From Oligoflexia bacterium (lineage in GTDB: Bacteria > Bdellovibrionota_G > JANQFH01): a stretch of DNA of 64,000 bases. A program made the position numbers and the translations under genes. Shown in pieces: positions 1 to 9,716 of this stretch. The stretch covers positions 195,442 through 259,441 of the forward strand of contig JANQFH010000008.1 of the NCBI GenBank assembly GCA_028277945.1, given 5' to 3'. How positions within the stretch are numbered: position 1 is the stretch's first letter; each line of letters opens with the position of its first letter. The notes below the pieces were generated by a model. That model was given only the letters and a program-made list of their open reading frames with translations, was not told where the DNA came from and ran no database searches.

Positions 1-83
1 GCTATAGTCTAAGCAATGAAAACTATGAGGACCTAGGGGGGCAGCTTCGCGACAAGATCGGCGATGCAAGCTGCCGACATTAG
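1..83 (+). CDS. 3' end of a secreted Cys-containing protein gene (5' part outside window); paralog of 8459..9051
   Basis: Frame 3 is open from the window edge to TAG 81-83: ..YSLSNENYEDLGGQLRDKIGDASCRH*. This aligns with LNDDNYDTLGDRIRTAIGDESCQKLEEIK* at 8962-9051. It occupies the same position, directly upstream of an MKRLW.. membrane-protein paralog. Confidence 0.45.
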   Translation, partial: YSLSNENYEDLGGQLRDKIGDASCRH

Positions 84-97
84 TAGAGAAGGTTGAT

Positions 98-481
98 ATG
101 AAAAGACTTTGGCGATACATAAAATTTGTTTTGAAGAGTCTCTTAATTCTTCTGGTCCTGGCAGGTCTGTTTGCTGGACTAGTGTTTTGGAGAACACCTA
201 TAGAGGATAGGCTTGTGGAAACTGTCGCACGTGAAAAGATAGCAGCCATTAAGCAATCCGTTGAGGAGAGAAGACAGGTCGGTTTACCGGAAGGCATTGT
301 TATTCAAGACGATGAGCCTGACGACACCAACGCCTTAGGTGGCTTTTGGGAATTTTGGTACGAGTGCGAACCGAGAGGGTCCCTGTTATTATACTTTGAG
401 GCGAGACGACGTATTCTTTTGTTTCCGTTGTTCAATAGGAAACAGGATATTAAGCTCATACGAGCGGCCTACGTTCCGTAA
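98..481 (+). CDS. small single-pass membrane protein, unknown function (paralog of 9048..9431)
   Basis: ORF track. N-terminal TM helix LLILLVLAGLFAGLVFW. Blocks shared with 9048-9431: MKRLW, VG(L/M)P(E/Q)G, FWY(E/D)C.P.G.LLL.F, LFNRK.D..LI. Confidence 0.6.
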   Translation: MKRLWRYIKFVLKSLLILLVLAGLFAGLVFWRTPIEDRLVETVAREKIAAIKQSVEERRQVGLPEGIVIQDDEPDDTNALGGFWEFWYECEPRGSLLLYFEARRRILLFPLFNRKQDIKLIRAAYVP

Positions 482-487
482 GTCCTG

Positions 488-2617
488 TCAAGAGCGCAGC
501 TGCGGGCCTGGTAGGCGGCTGTTGTCCTGGGTGCGCAGGGTGATCTTGTGCTGATCAAAGTACTCTAAAAAGGGTAGGGTGTACTTTCTTGAGGTGCGCG
601 TGAGCTGCTTAAACTCAGCCAGGCTCAGCATCTTGTTCTTATCAAAGTGATGTTGCAACTCAGTTCTGAGTTGGGCGATGGTTTCAGGGTGGGCATAGAA
701 CTCACCAGGTAGCCGCACCACCCGGTTTTCTCGCAGCAGCGACTTGATAAAACCAGCCGCCTTGGCCACAGGCACTTCCAACAGTTGTGCCAGCTCGCCA
801 ATATTGGGTGGGGTAAGCGCTGCCTTGGCAATAAGCGCTTCCATCTTTTCGGTGATCGAGGCGTTTGATGGCTGTGGCGCTGCTTGTTGGGCAAGTGGTG
901 GTGCCACTTTTTTGGAGGGCTCTTTGCCTTTGGTTTGATAGTCCTCGATCTCTTCGCCCACTAGCCTCAACCCACCATCGTCACTCTGTTGGATTTTTTT
1001 ATCCCTGTTGAGCTGCGTGAGCACACGTTTGAACACAGTTGTAGGCAGTGCCCGTCCCATCTTCACCCGCAGCGACTCTTGGTTCATGACTGGATCCTCA
1101 GGGTGGCTCTGTTGGTAGTGTTGCAACTCTGCAATGGCGCTGTCACACAGCTGCTGCAAACTGACCTCGCTTAGCAGTGGCGTTTGCCATTGTGCCGTCT
1201 CTGCCTGGTTGTCTTGCTGTTGCTTCTGCTTATGCTCCAGCGCTGCAACAATGCGCCCTTGCAGCAACTCCTCCTCCAGTGCCAAGGTAATGGTCTCCGG
1301 TGGGCGATCAAAGAAGCGCGCCAACTCTGCTATGGTACAACCGGCGCTGCCCGCACGTTGGATGAGCATCCCTGCAGCTACGGTTAGTTGCTCTTCATCA
1401 TCGATAAAATCTTGCAGTGTCTGCAGTTGTTGCCTCTGCCAACGACTACCGAGAAAACGTTTTTGCTCGTTGATCGGCACCAAGACTCTACCACCACCAA
1501 TGGTCGTCACCGGTGTTTGGCTACGCAGAATCACGGCATCGCCCAATTTCACAAAAACTGGCTCGTCTATTTTAATGAGCGCAAAGCTCTGCTCACCTGC
1601 CGGCAATTGTGGTTCAGCATAAAAACTCCGAAACAACAACCGCGCCCGGCTCTCAGCTGTGCCCCAGTGCAGTCGTACCCAGCTGTTGTGTTTGATGGCG
1701 TTGATATGGGGTAATGTCTTTATATGGACAAGCAATTGCGTGCTCGGTTGCACATTATCTGCAGTGGTAAGGCAGAACCCACGGTTGATTTCATGGGCAT
1801 CGGCGTGTTGCAGGTTGAGCGCCAAGCGCATGCCTGCCTCTCCCACCTGCAGCGGCTGCAGAAAAGACTCTATCTTACGTAGGGTAGTCTCCACCGCACC
1901 GGGAAAGAGTTGCAGCTTATCTCCCAGCCGCACTCTACCCCGGTAGCCGCTACCGGTGAGAACCGTACCAAAGCCTGGTTTAGAAAAGACCCGGTCCACA
2001 TAAAGGCGAAACGGCGCACTCAATCGGTGTGGCTTGGGTTTTGTTTTTGTGAGTTGTTGCAGTTGCTGCTTGAGTGCATCCACACCCTCACCGCTCACAG
2101 CACTGGTAGCAACAATCGGCGCCCCCTCCAGAGAGCTACCCTCTACCAACTTGGTAATCTCTTGGCGCCGCTGATCAATTAAGGTATGCCGTTCAGAGTC
2201 AGCCACACAGTCAATGCGGCTGATGGCAACCACCGCTTTATCAATGCCAAGCAGATTACAGATGTGCACATGCTCTACAGTCTGCGGCTGCACCCCTTGA
2301 TCTGCCGCCACCACCAACAGCAACAGATCCATGCCATAAGCACCGGCCACCATGTTCTTAATAAAGCGCTCATGTCCTGGCACATCGACAAATCCAAGCA
2401 GCCTGCCATCCTCCAGCGGCAGCGGCGCAAACCCCAGATCAATGCTAATACCGCGCTCCTTCTCCTGCGGCAGCTGATCGGTATCCGCACCCGTGAGCGC
2501 CTTAACCAGGGCACTCTTGCCATGATCAATGTGCCCCGCAGTACCGACAATCCACTGCTTCTTGAGCGTTGCTGCTTGCATAGCGGCAGTGATACTAATA
2601 ACCCATGCAATCGGCAA
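488..2617 (-). CDS. selB: selenocysteine-specific translation elongation factor SelB
   Basis: N-terminal GTPase region [48 protein letters not shown] is colinear with SelB. A long C-terminal extension is as expected for winged-helix SECIS-binding domains. The likely true start is M13 (MQAATLKK, about 2581), which removes the overlap with the divergent gene at 2605. Confidence 0.9.
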   Translation of the reverse strand: MPIAWVISITAAMQAATLKKQWIVGTAGHIDHGKSALVKALTGADTDQLPQEKERGISIDLGFAPLPLEDGRLLGFVDVPGHERFIKNMVAGAYGMDLLLLVVAADQGVQPQTVEHVHICNLLGIDKAVVAISRIDCVADSERHTLIDQRRQEITKLVEGSSLEGAPIVATSAVSGEGVDALKQQLQQLTKTKPKPHRLSAPFRLYVDRVFSKPGFGTVLTGSGYRGRVRLGDKLQLFPGAVETTLRKIESFLQPLQVGEAGMRLALNLQHADAHEINRGFCLTTADNVQPSTQLLVHIKTLPHINAIKHNSWVRLHWGTAESRARLLFRSFYAEPQLPAGEQSFALIKIDEPVFVKLGDAVILRSQTPVTTIGGGRVLVPINEQKRFLGSRWQRQQLQTLQDFIDDEEQLTVAAGMLIQRAGSAGCTIAELARFFDRPPETITLALEEELLQGRIVAALEHKQKQQQDNQAETAQWQTPLLSEVSLQQLCDSAIAELQHYQQSHPEDPVMNQESLRVKMGRALPTTVFKRVLTQLNRDKKIQQSDDGGLRLVGEEIEDYQTKGKEPSKKVAPPLAQQAAPQPSNASITEKMEALIAKAALTPPNIGELAQLLEVPVAKAAGFIKSLLRENRVVRLPGEFYAHPETIAQLRTELQHHFDKNKMLSLAEFKQLTRTSRKYTLPFLEYFDQHKITLRTQDNSRLPGPQLRS

Positions 2618-3144
2618 TGCTAAAGCTCCTCGTCCCCCTGCTATGGGCAGTCAGCCTCCTGCTGCCTACCTCAAAACTACTCGCCTACGAGGCCGATCCC
2701 TTTGATGAGTACAACATGGTCGAGTTTGCCAGTATGGGCCTGGGCACCATGCTCTTTGCCGGTGACTTTGCCGCCCCCTTCAAAGCGGGTGGCTCTGCCA
2801 ACATCAAGCTGGGTCTGCGTGTGGTTGGCCCCCTCCTCCTGGTGCCCACGGTAGGTGGGGCCATTGTTGGCCGTGAGGGGACCTCAGAGAAGGTCTACTC
2901 CTCCTATAGCCTGAGAGCTCGATTCCGCCTCACCCCCAAGCGCTTCCCCCTCAAACCCTACCTCGAGGCCGGCTTTGGCCTCATCACCATTATAGGTACG
3001 GACTTTCAGTGGCTCGCTGGCCTCGGCCTCGATATCCTCGTTTGGGGCTCTGGCAGCCTCGGCATTGAGACCTTCTTCCAACACGTCCCCGTTGAGGATG
3101 GCCTCATCGTCCCCATCCACTTAGCCTTCACCCGCTTTTTCTAG
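2605..3144 (+). CDS. small outer-membrane beta-barrel-like protein
   Basis: Signal peptide LLVPLLWAVSLLLPTSKLLA. Alternating Gly/aromatic-rich segments. C-terminal ..HLAFTRFF ends in Phe, as in OMP beta-signals. Confidence 0.5.
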   Translation: MQSAMLKLLVPLLWAVSLLLPTSKLLAYEADPFDEYNMVEFASMGLGTMLFAGDFAAPFKAGGSANIKLGLRVVGPLLLVPTVGGAIVGREGTSEKVYSSYSLRARFRLTPKRFPLKPYLEAGFGLITIIGTDFQWLAGLGLDILVWGSGSLGIETFFQHVPVEDGLIVPIHLAFTRFF

Positions 3145-3146
3145 CT

Positions 3147-3569
3147 CTAGTTCGCTAGCAGATCTCTCAAAATGGGTAGCGCTCTTTTTATTTGATCAAG
3201 TGTCGTCCAGGTTGGGTTGGCTGCTTTTGGAGATTCATAGCGTTGGTAGGCAGAGACATCTATACCTATTTTATCAGCAACCTTTTGTTGGGTGAGTTTG
3301 CTCTTAAGACGGCTCATCCGAACCAGCATTGCAATTTCCACCCTAGGATGAACCTTTATCCGCACAATATTTTTCCCTCGAACAGACTTCTTCGGCAGTG
3401 GAAAAATGTATTTGGAATCCTCTGGTTCACTTAGATAAAGATTGAGAACTTCTTCCATTCTTTCCTGCAGTTCCTTTTTGGTTTTAGCGTGTGTAAAACA
3501 GCCATCGAGCTCTAGTCCTTGAGCCCAATAGGCATTGCCTTCCTTATGAACTTTGAAATGATAGTGCAT
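3147..3569 (-). CDS. hicB: HicB-family antitoxin with C-terminal XRE-type HTH
   Basis: N-terminus MHYHFKVHKEGNAYWAQGLELDGCFTHAKTKKELQERMEEVL is HicB/UPF0150-like. C-terminal part LTQQKVADKIGIDVSAYQRYE is an HTH. It lies directly downstream of hicA. Confidence 0.8.
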   Translation of the reverse strand: MHYHFKVHKEGNAYWAQGLELDGCFTHAKTKKELQERMEEVLNLYLSEPEDSKYIFPLPKKSVRGKNIVRIKVHPRVEIAMLVRMSRLKSKLTQQKVADKIGIDVSAYQRYESPKAANPTWTTLDQIKRALPILRDLLAN

Positions 3570-3578
3570 GACGCTCTT

Positions 3579-3773
3579 CTATTTTCTCTTTAATCCTAGC
3601 TTTTTACGAATCGACATCTCAGTTCCCTTTGGCAAATCTTCGTTTGCATGTAATGGAATACTGACCGGTTTATGGCCTTCTTTTACAACAATGACATGAC
3701 TACCTGTCTGCCGATCCTTACGCCATCCCTCTTTTAGAGCCGCCCGCAATAGCTTCTTTCCACTTGTTGGCAT
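3579..3773 (-). CDS. hicA: HicA mRNA-interferase toxin
   Basis: 64 aa. GWRKDRQTGSHVIVVKEGHKPVSIPLHANEDLPKGTEMSIRKKLGL matches the HicA (YcfA-like) pattern GSH..(n)..P.H...L..GT...I. Confidence 0.85.
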   Translation of the reverse strand: MPTSGKKLLRAALKEGWRKDRQTGSHVIVVKEGHKPVSIPLHANEDLPKGTEMSIRKKLGLKRK

Positions 3774-3906
3774 TTATAGGCTATCCTCAATACTACAACT
3801 TCTATGCGGTAAAGTAAAGATACAATAATAAGTTATTGAAAATAATTTATAATATTTAACAACACAAACACAGTAAATAAGTGTACCAGCTGTTGATGTA
3901 AAGACA

Positions 3907-5727
3907 TCAAGTTTCTGTTATCGAAATCGGCACATAGCCAACGAGTTCTTTTGGGATGATGCCAACAGAGAGTTTGGCACATCGTTGCTGAAGAGGTTTT
4001 TCTTCATAACGATTGGTCACTAAGATACTCTTTTTGGCAATTCCGAGGCTTTCGATCAGGTCAAGACCGTTCTCTTGCTCTCCAGCAAGTTCATAGTCCA
4101 TGAGAAACAGCGACGACCCATTGTGTTCCAACTGTGAGCAGTCGACTTTAAAACTCTTGGCTGAGCGATAGTGCCGGATGTTCAAGTTCACTCCGTTCAA
4201 CTCCTGCTTAAAACGATAGTCCCATGTTTGGTGTACCGACTGGTCATCGTCAAGAACGATTGCATCCATCCCTTGACTCACCTGCAGGCTAGGTACGAAC
4301 CAGGAGGCCGGGGCGGTTCTCGGCAGCACAAGCGTCACGCAAGTACCCTGGCCAACCTCGGAGTCTATACTGAGATTGCCATTCCACGATTCAAGGGCCT
4401 TACGAGCCTGATAGAGACCAAGGCCCGAGCCTCCTTCTTTGTTATAGGTAAATCCGCGCTCACCGAGTTGGCTGAGCACATCTTTGGGAATGCCTTTACC
4501 ATTATCTCGAATAGTAATCCTGATCTTATCCTTGTCTGGAGGTTTATTATCGTTTTTACTAAGTCCAACTTCTATCAATCCTCCTTTGGGCATTGCCTCA
4601 ACGGCGTTGTTGACAAGGTTGGAGATGACTCGCTTAAAGGTCTTGGGGTCTATCTTGGAGAACAGTCCGTAACAGCTGGGTTCAAAGGTGTCCCGTATCT
4701 GCAAGTCTGTCCTCTCTTTAAACTGCATACGTTTTTCAGAGAGAACGCGACTGACAAGGCTGCTGAGTAGTACAGCCTCTCTTTGGCTGACCTCTGCTTT
4801 CTGGCTATCCATGGTGTCTTCTTTTCTTTTATTTAAATCATTGGCAACATCTCGAATTCTGTCGATAACACTGCGAATCAGCGTGCGTACCTGTTCAGGC
4901 AGATCAACGCAGATGTTGGTTACTGTGTCTAAGGCAGTCAAAGGAGATTGGATATCGTGTGCTACCTGTGTGGCGATCTCTCCCAAGGCCGCGTCCCGCT
5001 CCTTTTTCAAAAGCTCATGTTGCAGCTCGGTGATCTTTTCGCCTACCTCATTGATTGTCTTGTCTATCTCTTTTGATTCAGAGAAGAACAGTGGCGGCAC
5101 AGGTGGCGAGTCATGACGTCTGGCAAGGCCCTTGACGCGACTACGAATCGACAGGATTTCACTCCTAAAAATACGAAACTTTCTATGAGCAATGTAGGAG
5201 GATAGCAACAGTAGCACGGCAAGGGCGACTGTAGTGTAAAAAATAAACTTGTTTTGCAAAGAGCGTAGAAAACGGATGTCAGATACCAAAAATAGCCGCG
5301 CTTGAAGATGTTGTTTCCCGCCAACCATGGTGTGGAAGAAATCAGCCGTTTTATATATGAAGTCTTCGGAGTTTTGGTATTGATCTAGCCTGTTGCTTGA
5401 AAAGAAGCTGCATCCGGTATCGGTGCCGTTGCTGAATGCAAGGCACTGTTGCTCATTATCAAGCAAAAATGCCGCCTTGATATTGCTCAACCCTGAGAGC
5501 GTTTTGAAATACTCCTCTGCAGGCAGGTAGTCTGAATAACTCACCGATTTAGCGATAGCCCAGCGGGTCTGAGCAATAATGACGTCGAACTCCTTGAGGT
5601 AGTTGTCCTTTAGAATCTTCGGCACATAGTAAAAGGCAAGAAAGGCACCAAAGAGCAATAGCACAAGCTGACTACTTAAAATCCCAAGCAGGACTACCGT
5701 TGAAATCGATTGATGGTGCGGTTTCAT
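3907..5727 (-). CDS. hybrid sensor histidine kinase (cassette A)
   Basis: Two TM segments flank a periplasmic region of about 130 aa. H-box VAHDIQSPLTAL. N-box NLVNNAVEAM. G-boxes DNGKGIP and GGSGLGL. C-terminal receiver-like domain (IVLDDD .. LFLMDYEL .. ILVTNR .. IPK). Paralog of 22314-24110 and 35658-37532. Confidence 0.85.
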   Translation of the reverse strand: MKPHHQSISTVVLLGILSSQLVLLLFGAFLAFYYVPKILKDNYLKEFDVIIAQTRWAIAKSVSYSDYLPAEEYFKTLSGLSNIKAAFLLDNEQQCLAFSNGTDTGCSFFSSNRLDQYQNSEDFIYKTADFFHTMVGGKQHLQARLFLVSDIRFLRSLQNKFIFYTTVALAVLLLLSSYIAHRKFRIFRSEILSIRSRVKGLARRHDSPPVPPLFFSESKEIDKTINEVGEKITELQHELLKKERDAALGEIATQVAHDIQSPLTALDTVTNICVDLPEQVRTLIRSVIDRIRDVANDLNKRKEDTMDSQKAEVSQREAVLLSSLVSRVLSEKRMQFKERTDLQIRDTFEPSCYGLFSKIDPKTFKRVISNLVNNAVEAMPKGGLIEVGLSKNDNKPPDKDKIRITIRDNGKGIPKDVLSQLGERGFTYNKEGGSGLGLYQARKALESWNGNLSIDSEVGQGTCVTLVLPRTAPASWFVPSLQVSQGMDAIVLDDDQSVHQTWDYRFKQELNGVNLNIRHYRSAKSFKVDCSQLEHNGSSLFLMDYELAGEQENGLDLIESLGIAKKSILVTNRYEEKPLQQRCAKLSVGIIPKELVGYVPISITET

Positions 5728-5736
5728 TCTCCAAAC

Positions 5737-6675
5737 TCAAGAGATAGGGTGAAGCGCTGCATGTCGTGGTTGGCAAGCATAGCCCAGGCCCTGGGCACGC
5801 TTTTTGTTAATTTGAATCTCGTTCTCGGAAAAGAAGAGCTCTTGTAAACCATTGGAGAACGCCTGGCAGACAACTACGGAAAAAAATGGCAAGAGCTTTT
5901 GTTTGGTAAAGACAAATTCAACATGGATACGGCTTTTTCGCAGGCTATTCTCCAGCTCTCTAAGCGAGTGGTTTGGAAGGCTGGATTCATCAAGTTTCTT
6001 AATGTCATAGTCGGCTGGCGAAAAAGGCGGTATTTCTGTACTGCATACGGTCGGCACGACAAAGGGGAGAATATGCCAGAGGTTGCCACGGATATCTGTG
6101 GGTGGAGGGACATTGCGTGAGTCATAGAGGAGCAGAGCCTCTTTTAGTGCTTTATCCTTGGCTCTGGCCAGATCAAACGCCGCACCAAAACCGTAGCAAC
6201 GTTGTTTCTCAGCAGAAGCAATCTCAGTCATGACCACATGAATGGGAAGATCATGGGTGAGATAGAAGAGGCGAACGTTTTTGTCTTGGTTATGATCGAT
6301 TTCCCATAATACTTTGTTATAGAAGACGGATAGCAGAGCTTGATCGCGCTCAGCCAGTTCGATTAGCGCTGCTTGTCTTGCCTCATTACGGTTGAAGTGG
6401 CAACTCAGGCCGTTGGTGGTTGGCTTGACAGGTTTTGCGTAATAGTGATGTCGCTCCACACACTCCATCAGTGCCGTCAGTTGTGCCTGATAGGGATCTA
6501 AGGCGACACCCACGCCAGCTACCCGATCGTCTCGTCCCTGGGCGTAGACACGGTGCCAGGTGAGGTTGTTAAAGCGAATCTCTTTGTGGGCGAGCGTTTT
6601 GACGATTCCCTGCTGCTGTTTAAGAGTACCCGCAATAACGAGGTTAAGTCGAGCTCTCTGCAGCAGTTGTCCCAT
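5737..6675 (-). CDS. minimal YcaO-domain protein (cassette A)
   Basis: Two ExxER motifs in YcaO-like contexts: LTALMECVERH and TNGLSCHFNRNEARQAALIELAERDQALL. Paralog of 13582-14607. It is only 312 aa with no fused partner domain. Confidence 0.6.
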   Translation of the reverse strand: MGQLLQRARLNLVIAGTLKQQQGIVKTLAHKEIRFNNLTWHRVYAQGRDDRVAGVGVALDPYQAQLTALMECVERHHYYAKPVKPTTNGLSCHFNRNEARQAALIELAERDQALLSVFYNKVLWEIDHNQDKNVRLFYLTHDLPIHVVMTEIASAEKQRCYGFGAAFDLARAKDKALKEALLLYDSRNVPPPTDIRGNLWHILPFVVPTVCSTEIPPFSPADYDIKKLDESSLPNHSLRELENSLRKSRIHVEFVFTKQKLLPFFSVVVCQAFSNGLQELFFSENEIQINKKRAQGLGYACQPRHAALHPIS

Positions 6676-6688
6676 GGCCTACAGTGAG

Positions 6689-8248
6689 TCATGGAGTTGC
6701 CGGCAGAGCAGTTCTTGCCAGCCTCATATCCGCGAAATTGATGTTAAACTCCCACTCTGGCATGTGAGATAGATCGATTTTGGAGGAGGCATAAAAGGGT
6801 GTGGCCAGAAAATAGTAGGGAATAACAAAGCCCTCTTCTAGCATATAGCGGCTGATCTCTCTTGCCATTTGGATACGCTCTTTGGTGTTTCCTGTGGACC
6901 TGGTTGCTTCAATCATCTTATAGAGCCTGCCATCGTTAGGATCACGCACATAAAAGTCATCTGGACCAAAGTCTAGACGAAACACCAAACAAGGGTCTCC
7001 TGGTGGTATGGGTATAATACGGGACCCAAGATCAAAGCCTTGTCCCTGCAATCGGGCTTGTTTCATGGAACTACGAGATAGGGGGGTCATCTCAATTTGA
7101 AATCCATACGCTGAGAGATCATTGATTAATAATAGATCTCTCTTTGTTCTCTTATTCCAAACGTCTGGGTACATATATCTCAACGTCAAAGGCTCCTCTC
7201 TCAACCTGGCATAGATTGCTGTAAACTCTTTGGTCGCAGGTAGTGGGGCTTCAATGCGGCCACTAAAGCCGGGGGGAAAGAACTGATCAGAAGGAGCGTA
7301 AAGAAGTGAGTTACCGAATCTCTTGTGTTGGTGCTCTATGAGAGCTGCAGCAAAGGCAAGCCGTAGGGTTTTGTCCTTAAGGGGGCCTGTAATCGCATTG
7401 ACATAAACAATACGGCTCCAGTTACGTTTTGGTATAAACTGCTGAAAACGCTTTACCCTCTCTTGATCCTCTCGTTCTACTAGTCTATTGCGCTTATCTA
7501 AGAAGATGTCTGTTGTGCCTGCTAAAAGACGCTCCACAGCCTCCAAATCGTCACGCTCATAAACAATAACCGTCTGTGCTCTCTCGCCCCGTGGCTCAAA
7601 CCACTGCTCATGCCACTGCAACTTCACATAGTCCTTACGTTTCCACTCCACAAACTTGTAGGGTCCGCCTAACACAGGAAGCTTTTCTTTATGATAAGGC
7701 TCGTTCTCTGGATAGATCTTCCTCGGTACAACACCAGTACCTGGCATGGCTAGAATAAAGAGAAAGTACTCATAGGGGTTCGATAGGTTAAACTCCAAAG
7801 TGTGTTTGTCGATCATACGAATGGCTTTAGAATCTTTCTTTGGATCGACCCAATCAAAGAGCACGTACTCGGGCCAGTTAGTCTGTTTTCTCTTTAAGGA
7901 GAAGATAACATCTTCAACAGTGATAGGTGAGCCATCGTGAAAGAAGGCATCTTTTCTGATGGTGATCTCATAGCGTCTGCCACCATCATAAGAGCGCCAG
8001 CTCTGAGCTAACATGCCTATCAATGATTGGTCTTCGGCAATAGCAAAGAGGGTGATGGAGGTGCTGTTCAACATATACCAACCGCTGTTGGTCATATTTG
8101 CAGCTGGATCAAGAAAAGCTGGAAAATGATCCAGGTCCAACTTGATTGTGGAGCGGTCATCGCTTTGCAGCTGAGGCAGAGAACTGGCAAAACAGACAGC
8201 CGAAAGGAGTCCTAGGATGCCGACGGCTTTAAAAATCAATCTTTTCAA
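6689..8248 (-). CDS. periplasmic solute-binding protein, family 5 (OppA/DppA-like) (cassette A)
   Basis: Signal peptide GILGLLSAVCFASS. Family-5 signature region LAQSWRSYDGGRRYEITIRKDAFFHDGSPITVEDVIFSLKR. Length is about 520 aa. Confidence 0.85.
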   Translation of the reverse strand: MKRLIFKAVGILGLLSAVCFASSLPQLQSDDRSTIKLDLDHFPAFLDPAANMTNSGWYMLNSTSITLFAIAEDQSLIGMLAQSWRSYDGGRRYEITIRKDAFFHDGSPITVEDVIFSLKRKQTNWPEYVLFDWVDPKKDSKAIRMIDKHTLEFNLSNPYEYFLFILAMPGTGVVPRKIYPENEPYHKEKLPVLGGPYKFVEWKRKDYVKLQWHEQWFEPRGERAQTVIVYERDDLEAVERLLAGTTDIFLDKRNRLVEREDQERVKRFQQFIPKRNWSRIVYVNAITGPLKDKTLRLAFAAALIEHQHKRFGNSLLYAPSDQFFPPGFSGRIEAPLPATKEFTAIYARLREEPLTLRYMYPDVWNKRTKRDLLLINDLSAYGFQIEMTPLSRSSMKQARLQGQGFDLGSRIIPIPPGDPCLVFRLDFGPDDFYVRDPNDGRLYKMIEATRSTGNTKERIQMAREISRYMLEEGFVIPYYFLATPFYASSKIDLSHMPEWEFNINFADMRLARTALPATP

Positions 8249-8458
8249 GTTGTGTACTTCTAACTTAGGTTTTAGTGTTCTCTCTAATAATATGAAGAAC
8301 TTCTGTCAACGGGTACTTTTCATCAGCAACTCAACCAACACAAATGTGTTTCATTTTTAGACAAGTTGTTTCGTAAGACGACACTTAAATGATGGTTCAA
8401 TCTAGCTTCGAGAGCTTGACCCTGTCTATAAAATAAGCAATCATCCTGGGTTAAGAGT

Positions 8459-9051
8459 ATGAGGCGATGGTTTTATGAGCTAACCATATTCGGAACCATC
8501 CTTACCAGTTTGAATGCCTATGCAGTGAGTGAGGAGTGTGCGGCCTTTTTCCAGAACAACAACATTTATCCTGGTGCCGATTGTGAATTGTCGTGTGCAA
8601 CTTTGCCGACATCAATGGCTACGTTTGGTTGTCCCGCTCAGTGTCGCGAATACTGTCGTTCCCGGACATTAGCGACAGAACCCTCCAAATCGAATGAGCC
8701 TTTAGATAGCTTGCCAATGGATGAAGAAGAGCGTCGGCAGCGCCTTAAGGAGTTTGCTATAGAAGAGTTCAAGAGTGAAAACCGATGCAACGCCTTGGCC
8801 AATATTGTCGATGAAGCCTCCAGGCTCATTGGGAGTGAGGAGAACCCCTCAAAGACCATGCTTGAGGATCTTAAAGAGGTGCTAATTGGAGAAGGGCTTC
8901 ATGAAGGTCGAGGGAAGGGGCCATATTTTGCTGGTAATGTCTATGGCGCTTTGGTGACGTCCTGAATGATGACAACTATGACACATTAGGGGATAGGATC
9001 AGAACAGCGATTGGAGATGAGAGTTGTCAGAAACTAGAGGAAATCAAATGA
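8459..9051 (+). pseudogene. secreted Cys-rich protein, apparently frameshifted near its 3' end
   Basis: ORF 8459-8965 has a signal peptide and many Cys, and stops at TGA 8963-8965. Another frame is open from 8938 and encodes LNDDNYDTLGDRIRTAIGDESCQKLEEIK* (8962-9051). That sequence aligns with the C-terminus of the paralog at 1-83. Its stop overlaps the ATG of the next gene (ATGA at 9048-9051). Confidence 0.5.
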
Positions 9052-9431
9052 AAAGGCTTTGGAAGGTCGCCAAGGTATTACTCTTCATTTTCTTGTTCCT
9101 AGTCGTGGTGGGTTCAGGTTTTGTAGTCGCTCTGATTATGACTAAAGATCAGGAACTCAAGGTTGCTCAGGAGGCGGCCTATGAGGTAGTGACCTCCATT
9201 ATGTCCTCCAAAGATAGACAACGTGAAGTTGGAATGCCTCAAGGTGTGGAACTTATCGACACGGATCCGGAAGATATTGATATATTATTTAGAACTTGGC
9301 AGTTTTGGTACGATTGCAAGCCTGAGGGCGTGCTTTTGTTGGAGTTTTTTCCCAAACGGGGGATTTGGATTTTTCATTTGTTCAACAGGAAAAAAGACCT
9401 AGAACTGATTACAGCAAAATACATAAAGTGA
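9048..9431 (+). CDS. small single-pass membrane protein (paralog of 98..481)
   Basis: ATG at 9048 gives MKRLWKVAKVLLFIFLFLVVVG.., matching the start of the paralog. The track start at 9024 is a TTG extension. Confidence 0.6.
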   Translation: MKRLWKVAKVLLFIFLFLVVVGSGFVVALIMTKDQELKVAQEAAYEVVTSIMSSKDRQREVGMPQGVELIDTDPEDIDILFRTWQFWYDCKPEGVLLLEFFPKRGIWIFHLFNRKKDLELITAKYIK

Positions 9432-9716
9432 TGGCACTGAGCAAAAGAGACAAAAACAAGATTAAAAGCGTCTAGCTACCTATCTACCTCGTACAACCAT
9501 ATTCTTGGCAATTTTGGTGGAGAATTTCTGGCTTGATCACACCAACTTCAAATTTACTTAATAATTTTAGATGGTTATTATTAAATCTGTTATTCCGGCA
9601 AAAATATCGGCATATTTCTCTTAAAAAATAACTTCCCAAATTTATAACCATTTGTTATAAAATGTTATATATGAAAAATTCATCGGTAATAATACCGGCA
9701 TTTTCGACTTAAATCC

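Noticed and set aside
1134-2623. Multiple 60-160 aa plus-strand ORFs (1134..1622, 1388..1714, 1659..1946, 1910..2182, 2186..2623) inside selB. Similar antisense ORFs lie inside the HKs, SBPs, toxins and hipA (e.g. 4171..4770, 4688..5116, 32771..33184, 39739..40110, 53028..54035, 55406..55770).
   Set aside because: They are antisense or out-of-frame shadows of long genes with clear homology. They have a low-complexity Cys/Ser/Arg-rich composition and no RBS or motifs.
8963-8965. TGA at the end of ORF 8459..8965 as a possible selenocysteine codon, given selB in the window
   Set aside because: Reading through in the same frame gives only SUMMTTMTH* with no homology. The conserved C-terminus is in a different frame, so a frameshift explains the data, not recoding.
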